A stretch of DNA of 64,000 nt from NCBI RefSeq assembly GCF_009914755.1, contig NC_060930.1; one strand, given 5' to 3'. A model generated the notes under the pieces. The model did not search any database and was not told the DNA's origin. It saw only the letters and a list, made by a program, of their open reading frames with translations. The stretch is from the human T2T-CHM13v2.0 reference genome, Homo sapiens. A program made the translations under genes and the position numbers. Shown here in pieces: positions 1-12,719 of the stretch (position 1 is the stretch's first letter; every line of letters starts with the position of its first letter).

Positions 1-333
1 TGCACCTACTATTCGAAAAAAAAAAAAAAAGTATTAAAATAACCAGTGACATTCTAAATGAAGACTCTTTGTTTCAACTGATCAGCTGGTTCTATCTCTA
101 TGGAGACTGTAGATTCTATTTAAATGGCATTTTCAAAGGACCACAAGATATAGAGTGTCTAGTTCAATTTAAATATAAACTAAGTCATTTATACCATTAA
201 GAGCAGACAAAAGTGCCAGAATCTGTGACAATTACCCTATATAGTTAACATACATGAAATGAATTGAGTTGGTGTTTTGGTACCTATTTTATCAGATTTT
301 CTTATCTAAATTTAAACCAATAAAACAATTATT

Positions 334-645
334 ATTATTTTTATGCTTATTTATTTATTTTTTTGAGACAGAGTCTCACTCTGTTGCCCAGGCTGGAGTA
401 CGATGGCATGAGCTCGGCTCACTGCAACCCCTGCCTCCTGAGTTCAAGCGATTCTCCTGCATCAGCCTCCCGAGTAGCTGCTATCACAGGCGCGTGCCCC
501 TATGCCCAGCTAATTTTTGTATTTTTAGTAGAGACGGGGTTTCACCAAGTTGGCCAGGCTGGTCTTTCATTCCTGACCTCAGGTGATTCCCTGCCTCGGC
601 CTCCCAAATTTCTGAGATTACAGGCGTGAACCACCATGTCTGGCC
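334..645 (-). mobile_element. Alu SINE (AluS, Sx/Sz-like)
   Basis: Reverse-complement Alu dimer from T-rich tail to ...catgtctggcc; approximate TSD aaaacaattatt at 322-333 and 649-660. Confidence 0.93.
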
Positions 646-2849
646 GAGAAAACAATTATTTTTAGACTGAAAACTCAATCTAATGAAGTATAGTATATAG
701 TTAAAGCAAGACAAGTTATTTACCATTCTCTCAGTTAATAGATTATTTTTAAAAATGGTGATTTGATAGAGGATGTTGCTAAGAATTATATTTCAGTCCA
801 AGTAATATGACTAAATAACAACATACTGAAATAATATATTCACAGATACAGCAGGTATTATACAGTCTCTTTTGTCTAATATATATTTGTGAACCCTTTT
901 GGTTAGACATTCTTTCCTGATTATATTGAAACCCATTCTGTTTTATGAATGCCCATTTCCATTTGTTCTATTATTATAATGTGTTAAGGGTGAACAGTAG
1001 CATCAAATTTATACTCATTACAGTTATATGGAGAAAGCCTACTTTTTAATACGTGCTATGCATCCATTATCAGCCTGTGCCTTTCCTTGAATGCCAGTTA
1101 ACTGTAAAATAAAACAGATGCTAGAAACGTATTCCAGCCTCTTTTGTTGTTTCTTTAGGATAGAAAAGCTATTATCTACATTAGTCTTATTATGTTTTTA
1201 ATTAAAGATTATTCTTATTGTTTTATTCAATCAAATGGTATTTAAGAATATGCTATTTTTCGTAGATTGTTTTATTTACATATCTCAATGATTTAGAAGT
1301 ATTACCGTGGAAAATAAACAACCACAAAGCTTTATTAAATGTGGCTAAAATAAAAAAAGTTAAAAAAAATTCAGTATGAGTAAGTTTTTGAGTAACATTA
1401 GTAACCATTCTCAGAAACCTAGCACTGCATCTCTTCAGTTCTTTATTCTCTTTGCTCTCACTTGATCTTTACTTTCAATTTCTATACTTAACATCTCATT
1501 AGCTTTCAACATAAGGAGCCTTCTGACAGGGTGAGACTGAGGAAGTAGAAGAGAGGTTTTGATGATATTTTCATAGAGAATGTTTTATGAAGATTTTTTT
1601 TTAAAAAACAGTGTCATAGAATTTCAGAGTTTGAAGGCACCTCAGAGGTCAGAGTTGACCTAATTTATGTATTTGTTCAATGTATGAATTTTTTCTGTTC
1701 CATGCGAGGTTCTGGTTAAACACTGTAATGTTGCCAAATTTTTGAGGATATATTAAAATTTGAAGGAATCTTGATTTCTAAAGCTAATACATTTTTTATA
1801 TTGGCTTGGGAAGAGACCTAAGGTCATAAGTATTATGAGAACATATTTAGCTTGAATAAGTTACTATATGATTTTTATCAAAGGAATGACATGAGACAGA
1901 TATGATGTAGAACTCTGTTATGAATCAAAGTCCACTTAAGGAATAAAAAATTACCATTACTTATTTAAGGTTCTTCTTGTCCATAATTTAGAGGATGAAA
2001 AAAAAGTGGGCTTGATACTTTCAAAATAACAGGGCAGCTGTTGCTGTCTAATTTGTTGACCAAATGGAGATTTCTGCCTTCTTGGGATTTCATGGAAAAA
2101 AAAAAAAAAAAGTCTAGCAATTACTGTCAGAGTGGGTGCTGCGTAAAGGATAGCTATTCTACTGATAGAAGTTGTATTTAGTGATTTCGTTCACTCTCAA
2201 ACTCCTTATTCCCTTATGTTTTTTCTTTCCTCTATTTTTTTATTAGAAACTAAGCAATTTCTTCCATGAGCTATTGTATTTTCACTGTTGAGATTCTAAC
2301 TTTTAATAGATAGGGTTCTTTCATTTTTGAGAGTTATTCCTAAAGTATCATTCTACTACCAAAGAAAAGAGCTCCTTCAAACACTCTGAAATCTGTCATA
2401 TAAATATTGTATGCATTTAGCATAGATGAACATTTTCTGATATCTGGTTTATTCTGATTAGTTAATTTCTAATTTCTAAATTAAAAATTTAAAAATTATA
2501 TTTTATAATTTCTCATCCATAATGGGTTTAGGTGCTTTTATAATTGAAGTTCTCGGACTTAAGATTCTGTCCTAGACTTGCTTCAGCTATAGCTCATCAT
2601 AGAGACAATGTACAATTCAATACCAGCCTCACCCAAATGGCAGTAACATGGAAATTGCCAGAAGTTTGAGGCAGGATTCCAGAACATGGGGTACAGGTGT
2701 ACTTCAAGAATGGAACTTTGAATCACACTGTTCCTTGACCCTTCTTATTAATGGAGCATTAGCCATATATCTGTGATCAATTTGGATTCTATGTTCTGGA
2801 ACCCCTCAGGTATACCCATTTGTCCTTGATTTTGGTAGGGGGCTGGAGT

Positions 2850-3050
2850 CATATAGTATAATAGTAGAGTACTGATCTAGAAGAAAACTAGTTCTAGTCA
2901 TAACTTCATCACTTACTGTGTGATCTTAAATAAATATTAGTTTCTATGATATTTAACCTTTTATTGCTGATGTCTTTGGCGTGTGTCTGTATTAGTGGAA
3001 ATAATACTACTTGTCTAACACAACTCATAGAGCTGTTTTGAGAAATTTGA
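2850..3050 (+). mobile_element. MIR SINE (degraded; approximate ends)
   Basis: MIR core-like text 'cacttactgtgtgatcttaaataaat' and 'actcatagagctgttttgaga'. Confidence 0.5.
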
Positions 3051-3327
3051 TTTTTACAATACCTTCCACAATGCAAGTGTTATTATTCCAAATTTACTAA
3101 GATTCATGTTTTTTACATTTATTACTTGTAGCATTTAGAATGTATTTCAGGTTATACTTCATTTGAATATATGGCGGGTGACCTTTAGGAGTCTTCTAGC
3201 TGTTTTATACAGGTGTTCATGCATAAAATATTACCTAGAACCAGAAGACCAGCAAGCAAAGTAATAACAGTCCATATATTCCAATCCAACTCCCTCTTGG
3301 AATGCTGTAGATTCCAGATGAAAACTA

Positions 3328-3406
3328 TTAGTTTGGTGCAAAAGTAATTGCGGTTCTTGCCATTACTTTCAGTGGTGAAACCGCAATTACTTCTGCACCA
3401 ACCTAA
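3328..3406. mobile_element. MADE1 MITE (Hsmar1-derived)
   Basis: 79-bp imperfect palindrome ttagtttggtgcaaaagtaattgcgg...ccgcaattacttctgcaccaacctaa with TA on both sides. Confidence 0.92.
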
Positions 3407-4349
3407 TACCATGAGAGATTTCTGAGGCATTGCTTCATTTAGAAAATTATTACAATTTTCAGGAATTCAAAAGAAAAAAGATGAAATATTCATTAAATAT
3501 ATTTATTTGCATGTTTAGTATTTGAAAATAACTGTACCTGATGCTTTGGAGAAATAACAGTGAATAATAAGTTTTATTGAGTTATATTAGTTAATTGGAT
3601 GGGATACAGCAATGACTTAGGTCCACACCTACCCTCAAGTAACTTATTGCCCCCAAGAAAGTAATAAGTAAGCAACAAGGCTGAATAAAATAAACACTCC
3701 ACTAAAAGTATACCTAAACTGTAGAGGAGCATAAATTAGGATGCAGTTAATTTAGGCTCGGAGAATTGGCAAAGGCTTTATGAAGAGGACTGCAGAAGCC
3801 TGTGCCTTTAAAGATGAGTTGAATTTTCTTAGAGAAAAGAAAAGACGGGGATTTTGGATGGAAGGAACGACATGAGCATGATATTGGGAAAGTACATGGC
3901 CATCAGAGCAGCACACATGGAAGATTCAGTAAGATGTGAAACTAAGAAGAAAAGTTAACTTTTGGTAGACACTGAATATCATTGTAAAGAATTTATATAT
4001 GATTCCATAAATTATTTTTAAATAGTTTATCTGAAAGAAAGATAGATTGGAAATTGGAAGCCAGGAGCTTTCTTCTGAGACCCAGACCATGAAAACCAGC
4101 TCACAATGAGTTTCCACCTAGCTGTTTCATAGATGGCTGGAACTCAGCGACCCAAAGCCAGATGGATTCTATCCAACAATCAATATACAGATGTCTGTAA
4201 TTGACAACACCAATCACTTAGCCAACAAGAAACCTGGAAATACATTCTCCTCATGTACCCAACCATCCAATTGACTGTCAGGTTTTATATTTGCCACCTA
4301 GTTTCTAAATATCTCTGAAATCCGAATTCATTGTTCTACATCCTTTAGC

Positions 4350-4730
4350 GTGCTATTTTCTGTTCCCGCCTCTACCGGATCTATTTTCCATGCTTCTCTG
4401 CCCTTTCGTTTTCCGAGGCTAATGCCATGGACTGCATTGGCTGGGCTTCCTTGCTGCCTGCCTTTCTGGTGGTCACCAGGTTGCCTAGTAGGAAGTGCCA
4501 GCAGGAGAGTAGAACACTAGAGCGGGGCAGAGTTCACTTTCCGTTTGCTTGCTTGTTTTTTCTCTTGCTCCCTCACTCCTTGAGTGCCAGAGTTCTGTCT
4601 CCCATGCTGGTTTCCTTAGCCATGCTCACACTTCAGTAAATAGTCTTTTCATAAATGTCTCATTTTCGTAAATGTCAGCATTGAAATCTCTTAGGGAAAT
4701 TTGGATTCCTGCCAGAACCCTGAATGATAG
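4350..4730 (+). mobile_element. Old ERVL-class solo LTR (LTR33-like; approximate ends)
   Basis: GC-richer island ending 'ttcctgccagaaccctgaatgataga', which resembles the LTR33/LTR41 terminus; agtaaa signal at about 4636. Confidence 0.45.
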
Positions 4731-5098
4731 AATCCCCTTTGCCAATTAAGTTAGATTCTCGTTTCTGGACTTCTGCAGCAGATTTATGACTGGTCTTTCT
4801 GTGTGCAGACTACATTCTTTATACTGCTTTGAAGAACTGTTTTTTTTCCCAAACATGGGATGTAACAACAGTTTGTAATAAGAAAATATACTATAATGAT
4901 AAACATGCAACATACAATATCACATACCTAAGATGATCTCAGCTTTGTAAAAATATACATATACCAAGATGAAAGGAAAAGAATCACTTTTCCTGGTTGC
5001 AAAATTATAGCTATTTTTCTTTTCTTAGTCTGTTTTCTATCATTTTTCTCCTGGGGGGTACAGAGAGAGTGAGCATGAGAGGAATGCAGAATGACACA

Positions 5099-5102
<4 letters not shown>

Positions 5103-5138
<36 letters not shown>
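5103..5138. repeat. (GT)n microsatellite
   Basis: Direct reading. Confidence 0.95.
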
Positions 5139-5139
<1 letters not shown>

Positions 5140-7299
5140 ATAGAAAAATATTTTATACATTTTTATATAGAATGTTACCAACTATTTGTTTGCTTCTTTG
5201 TTTTTTGATACAGATGTTAGAATTGAAAGAAATGCCCCTAAACTTTACTTAGGAAGTTTGAGTTAAAGAAAAAAAAAAACAAAAGCAAAGGCAGTCTGAC
5301 ATTAAGTCTAAAAAAATAGTGAGATGATCTTTCACTTTTAGCTGGATAATTAGTGATAAGATTACCTCAGGAAGTGGGGTTAGGAGCCTGTTTTAGATGC
5401 TCACAAATTGTAATTTACTTTAAAATTAAATATTTTATTGAATAAGTTACATACTGTCACAAATTATAAATTCAGAAGAATATCTTACAAAACCCTTTTC
5501 TTCCCTCCTCTCAGATGACACAATACTTTGGGCCCCTTCTTAGCATATGGCTTTTTTGTATTTCGTAAGGTCAGTAATAATAGCTTAAGGTTAGATTTTT
5601 TACTGAACTGCTTCACATTTTAATAATTTGGATAATTTTTCCTTCGCTGTGACTATTGGGATTTTTATTGGCCATCTGATATAATTTTCTCTTGCCATTT
5701 TATGTTTCTGAAAATGAAGTCTCAAGAAATCTAAATTATAGGCATATTTAAATTGTCTCAAAATATTTCATTTGCCCAAATTGAAATTCTAATTTAAATG
5801 TTGCTGATCACAATAGATACATCTTTTTAATATTATTTGTGTCCTTATGTATGAAAGATGAAATTATTCAGCCTTTGGACATATGTAAAGTTTAAGTAAG
5901 TTTTTAAATGCCATTTTATATTTTTGGTACAATAACCACATTTAATGTACTGCTCCAAGATAATTTTTATACCTTTTTTCTATGTTTTGCCCTCTTTGTC
6001 TCATTTTCTTCTTCTTCTTTAATCATTATATTTCATGATCCCTATGTTTATAACTTAACTGTCTGCTTGAGGATATATTTATATGAAGCATATTTTATTT
6101 TCCCAAATAACATTTATTTAGAATATCAAGTGTGATACATAAGGCTGTGAAAGTTTTTGAATTTCACAAATAAAACAATTTGGTTTAATGTAATGAAAAT
6201 GGTTGAAGTAAATGTGGTTGTTTTAGCTTTTGATATAGGCAATCTCAATTTCAATAAAATGTCAATTTTTAGATGTAAAATACGTAATAAACAGAAGCAA
6301 CCTTCCAAATCAGAACACTGACAAGTTCTTTTTTATGAACCTGAATTCATAAAGGAAGTGAATTATGCTTCATAATTTCCCCAGCCAAAAAAAAAAAACA
6401 ACAAAAAAAGATTCTGACGGTGAGATTTTAATCATTACTTGAAAAGTTGAAAATAGAAATTGTTAATAAAATACAAACTCTACATCTTACAGCCCAATTG
6501 AAAAATATTTTCTAAGTTTTATAATTTGAACTATATATTATATTTATATATTGTTTATCTGTTTATAGATTATCTATTTTCATTTATCGTTAGTTGTTAA
6601 ATACTTGTGAGAGGAATATTCAGTTAGTATTCTAAGTAACATGGCTAAAGTTGTTCAGTTTAGCCTGATGGCCCCCTGAAAATTTATTTCTCACATCTTT
6701 AGCTTTGAGAACAAATGTTTTCTACCACCAAAGGTATGCTGTCTTTCAAGTTTCAGGCTTGAAAGTGAAAAATAATGCATAATTTACGGAAGCTATTGGT
6801 GTGAAAATATCCAAGAGAAGAATGAGGAATAGTGGAGTGAAATAAACAGGAGATTAGGTAGATAGAAATTGACTATTGGGTACAGATGTAGGAATATATT
6901 ACATTAAATACAAAATTGCTACTTTACCAGTTTATGACTTGACTATAACTACTTTACATTTAAGTTTTTTACTCAAATGGAAATTACTAAAAAATAAATA
7001 AGACTATATTTTTCCTTTGCAGTATATTTGATTTTTTATGCTAGGTTAATTGTTTATACTTGACATCAAAGTGAAACAATTACCACCCAAGTAAAGAATG
7101 CAGCCTCTTAAAATGGGAATAGGAAGTTTTGTTTTGCTGTATTTGTTGTGTTAATTGTTGGAAGAATATTTGGTTAAGGTCAACATAAATTAAAAATAAT
7201 GGCTTGAGAAATGTGAAACACCTCACCAATCTTCTCTTTACATGTGGACTATCAGTTTCTATTCTTCAAGTTATATTGTCACCAACATTTTTATTCATA

Positions 7300-7490
7300 G
7301 CCACTATTTAATGCTTCCTTACCATGTGCTACTGCTCTAACAACTTGGTATTCATAATCTCAATTTTCGCAATAATCCCATGGGACAGGAAGTATTTATT
7401 TGATTTTATAGATGAGGAAATAGAGGCTCAGAGATAATTTTCTTCTCTCAGTTTGCCCGAGTAGAAAATGGCAGATCCCAGATTGAAATA
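7300..7490 (-). mobile_element. MIR SINE (approximate ends)
   Basis: 'ttttatagatgaggaaatagaggctcagaga' is the reverse-complement MIR core. Confidence 0.65.
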
Positions 7491-9489
7491 GATATACAGA
7501 GACAGACACTTGTGGAAGAAAAGGAAATACTGACAGGTGACTTTGGGAGAATGAGAACAAAAATAAAAAGAGAAAATTTAGCAAGAATGTTATATACGAG
7601 TTAAAGAGAGATAAAAATAGAAAAAAAAACCATGAGAAGAGGAATAAGATAGAGTAAAAGCTAAGATAGGTTATTGAATACTTAACATCTTGTTATGGAA
7701 GTTTTCAAACATATGTATATGAAGAATCAGTTTCAGTAATTATCAACTTGTGGTCAATTTTGCTTCCTTCATATCTCCCACTCTTGCTGAATTACCTTAA
7801 AGCAAATTTCATGCATCATATATTTTTAATTTCATCTGAATTGTTTCAATGTGATTGTCTTTTTTTTAAAAAAAAAGCTTTTGAAAACATACCCCATGTG
7901 TAATTATCAAACCTAAAGAATAAAAATAATAATTAATATTATCACATATCCAGTCAGTGTTGATCTTTTCCTGATTGTTACCTAAATGTCATTTTACAGT
8001 TGTTTTGTTGAGATCCAAACAAGATCTGGTCCACACATTGCATTTTGTTGATATGTCTCTTAGTAATCTTTTAATCTATAAGTTTCCCTCTCCTTTTTTG
8101 GTAAATAGTGGTGGGATATTTTCTGTTTTCTAGGTGTCTTTAAACGTAAGATACCAATGGGTGTGTTCCTGTGAACATCAGCAAAGTACTGTGAAAAACT
8201 AGAATTTATTCATGAATTATGTGTTGTATAACATTGCTGCTAGAAAGGACAAAACCTTAAGTTTATGTTACATATTAGAAATGCCAAGTTTCATGACATA
8301 ATAAAAAATAACCTATTTATTTTTATATTGAACCTAGCACTTACATTCTGTCTCACCCTAGAGGTCACTTTTCATCAAACCCAATGAATTTGAATTTTTT
8401 TCTTATGCTGATTTCTGGTCTCTTCACATTCTTCTTATCCATCCATCAGTCTCTTTGGATGCTGTTTGGTCATTTGTGTCAGAACCCATCTCTCTATTAA
8501 CCTGAGGAACCCCTAATCCTGAGTCAAACCCACTTCCTGCTGCCTTTGCTTTCACTCCAGGGTTGTTGGGCATTGCTGGAAAATGTCTAAAACATTTGTA
8601 AAAAATGTCAACTTCAAGTTTACATTTTTGAATCTCAATTGGGCTCTCACTGAACTCTGCCAACCCTTTAAAAATTTCTCATAAACTGTTATTGTATTTC
8701 TCTAAGCAGCTATTCTGATCTTTTTCACTTCCTGGCAAGCCCACAATCTGAGCCCTCACTGACTGCACCCAGAGGAAAACTTTACCTCCCCAGTCATGAA
8801 GGGTATGTTAACAGCATCAAGTGACAGTCCCCTACTCTGGTTCCCATTTCTCCTTTGTGTCCTGTTCACCACCAAAATATGCCTTTTCATTTTCTTCTTC
8901 CCTACAGTTTTAGCATATTTGTATAACTTAATTCTAAGGCAGACTTTTTCTCTTGTGCTTATACCATATCATTGTGATGCCACTGATATCTTCTATCATC
9001 AAGCAAATCACCTCTTTCCTATTTTATTCTTTTGATGTTCACCCACCTGTTTTTATGCATAAAAATTCCCGAGTTTCTATAGTTAAAAAAAAAAAGCATA
9101 GATAGTTAGATGGGTAGATGTGTGGATGGATAGATGGATGAATGGCAGGTAGATTAAAAAGTAACACAACTTTTTATCATATTGTTTTGACTTAGTCTGA
9201 TGGCTTTCTTTATACACAAAAATGAAATACTACTTTTGAATTTTAAGTTTTCTTATAATGCTACAGTAATTCTCCATGTAATTTAGGTCTCTACACCCTA
9301 GAGATTTCTGTCTATCCTTTCTCTGTTGTCCGTTAGAAGCAATTAGCCAATGAGTCTTGTCACATCATCCTTTACAACTTTACCTCCAACCCTTTTATTC
9401 CTGCTTTCGCCATCCACGTTGGCATCTCATGCTAGACTAGGACTGAAAACCCCTAACTCCTCTACCTACTGGTAGAAACTCACATTTCT

Positions 9490-9815
<326 letters not shown>

Positions 9816-12345
9816 AACTCACATTTCTAACTCATCCTATGTATACAAACACGTTAATTTTCTCAGGTATTGTTTTAATCATGTGATTCTTTGACTATAA
9901 AGTTATGAATGGTTCACTGTTGTGCCTTATAGAATCCATAGTTAGCCTAGCATTCAACGACTTCCCTCCACAATTGACCAAATTTACCATTACAATCTTT
10001 CTAGCTTTATCGCCATCTCTTTCTTAGTAGAATTCCATTTCCCAACAAAACTGGGCCTCTAGCTGTTTCTGCTGTAGTGCTGCTTTGCCGCTGAACCTTC
10101 CTAAAGCTTCTGCTCCTATTCCCCAAACTCCTCTTCATGCACTATTCATGCACTATTTTACAATTTTCCTTATGCAGAGGGATTTTTACTCCGTCCTCCC
10201 TCTTTCTCTTTCTGCCTGCAGTGCCCTTCACTTCTTTTTTCATGACAGACACCCTTTTATATCACTAAAGTACAAAATAAGATAATAGCTATCTCGGGAC
10301 CATGGATAATTACATTACTGAGAAAAAGTTACCTACCAAGAGGTCTCAGGGAGAATTTTTTTTTCTTTAATCACTTTGCCAAAATCTAGATTCTGAACCT
10401 TACACTTAAGAATTAAAAGCCTGATTCACACGCTCGTATTGACTAAGCTTGGAACACGGATGTCTGACAAAATAATTTCATTTTATAGTGCCAATTGTAA
10501 GTGCTCAATATCCTAGCAGATTTGTGTTTTCCAACTGGCTCAGTCTCCTTTGTGGCAATATACACACTAAATCCCAATATATTTGAAGGCTATAAAATCA
10601 GAACAAGAGGAGCTAATAGGATGTTTAAAACGCATCTGGCTCAGATGCCATTACCAAACCAAATATACCTAGCCAATATTATACAAAGATCAAGTTCATG
10701 CTTTTCGATACCCCTCCTCTCTTCTGGATAGTACACAGATGAATGTGGGCAGTATTTGTCTCTTTGACTCTATTTGCATGACTTACGAACCAACTTCTAC
10801 ATTTTTCTACTGAAATATCTACTTTTATATGTTATGTTGCTATCTTTCATCTGGCTATTATTACATCTTGCAGACCTTGCTCTCTGCTAAGGGACTTTGA
10901 ATGCCAGTGCTTTCATTTGTTGACATTTAATTCTTAGAAGACAGTCTCATTTCCCTTATTAAATGAGATCCACAGGGATGCCTCACTCACTGTAGGCTCT
11001 AGGTACTGATGACACATAATTCTTAGTCATAAACAGTTATTCCCTTACAGTAGTTTGTTCTACTGTGTTATGTACATTTTATGGCAGATGTCACAATGAT
11101 TTATAGTTCTATGAATGAGTCTCTCAATACTGTGTACTCTTTGAGAACAGGTGCCATGTAGACACTGCATCCCAACAAAAATTTATTGAATACCTGAAAT
11201 ATATCAGTTATAACTACCTTAGAAACTAGGTGTAACAGAGTAAATACTCTCAGGCTGTGTGGTTAATTATGGAAAGATCTAACTAACTTAATAATTACAA
11301 AACACGTGTTTAGAAAGATCAGATATGTTTTAGTCTAACCCAGAGGTTTTATTTACAACTAAAGTTTTCACTTAAGTGATTTTTTAAAAATTTCCACTTT
11401 TAAATGTTCCCTTCCCAATGTCTTCTTTACATAATTAAATTAATAATTTAATCATTTCTCACTTTAATGCATACCTATATTCATGATTGGTGAAAATAAC
11501 AAAGCCAGAGAAAAATTTAAAAAAATATGACCTACCTTTTGCCTTCTTGTTCAGAATTTTTACCTTCTTGGTCAGAATTTTGAGGAGCTTTTCTTGGTTC
11601 AAATTAATAATCTAAAGTAACAGTTATTATAATAGTCATTTTCTCCATAATAAGTTTTCTTTTAAATAGCACCAGTGAAAATGACCAATTACACATTCGG
11701 TTATAGTGCAAAATTGAAAAATTAATAGTAAGCGATTAAGAAATTAAGTAGAAAAAGGTTTATTACTTTTAATGCATGGCTTAAAAAGTCTCATAAGAAA
11801 TTCTTCTGTTTTAGCAAGTTGCCTTACGTATCCACCCGAAGCCCTCTCTCTAACTCTTGTTAAAAAATATAGCCATATCAGATGTATCTGTTTTTACTCT
11901 GAATTTTGATCCTGTGTCACTTAATAAATACCTGCAAAGTTAAATATGACAAAATTTTAACATGTAAAAATATTGGTGATGGATTATAGATACTCATATT
12001 ATTCCTTCAACTTTTCTGTAGGTTTGACAATTTCAATAATAAAATTGAGAATGAAGGAAAATAGTCATATATAAATATTGTATTTTGATACTCATTCCTA
12101 ATGAAGTGATTCTATGGTAATGAAGTATTAGAATACTATAACATACACTTTGAAAAATTATGAATGCTTCATAGTTTCTTAGTAAAGTCTATTATTAATT
12201 TCAAATCTATTTCTCCTTACATTTTTACAAATATTTTCAGAATTTACTAAAACTGGCCCTGATCCTTCAATAGCAGCAAGTCAGAAAACACTGGGATTTC
12301 TAACTCTGTAGTAATACAGCACACATCTTTATTTTAAAGAACATC

Positions 12346-12719
12346 TGTATTAGTCCATTCTCACACTGCTATGAAGAAATACCCCAGACTGGGTAATTTA
12401 TAAAGGAAAGAGGTTTAATTGACTCAGAGTTCTGCAGGGCTGGCGATGCCTCAGGAAACTTACAATCATGGCAGAAGGGAAAGCAAACATGTCCTCTTCA
12501 CATGGCAGCAACTAGGAGAAGTGTAGAGTGAAGTGGGGGAAAGCCTCTTATAAAACCATCAGATCTTGGGAGAACTCATTCACTATCACAAGAACAGCAT
12601 GGAGGTAACCACCCCCATGATTCAATTACCTCCCACCAAGTCCCTCCCACAACACATGGGGATTATGGGAACTACAATTCAAGCTGAGATTTGGATGGAG
12701 ACACAGTCAAACCATATCA
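12346..12719 (-). mobile_element. Solo MaLR LTR (THE1C/D-like)
   Basis: tgtattagtcc...aaaccatatca termini; 5-bp TSD acatc at 12341-12345 and 12720-12724. Confidence 0.9.

Noticed and set aside
269-726. ORFs of 80-105 aa here, and similar ones at 20646, 25841, 36839, 39547, 41196, 46161 and 53360
   Set aside because: All are chance translations of Alu sequence (for example LQPLPP...FSCLSL).
11542-11581. 21-bp-period tandem duplication ccttcttg(t/g)tcagaatttt
   Set aside because: Real, but an ordinary two-copy slippage event with no sign of function.
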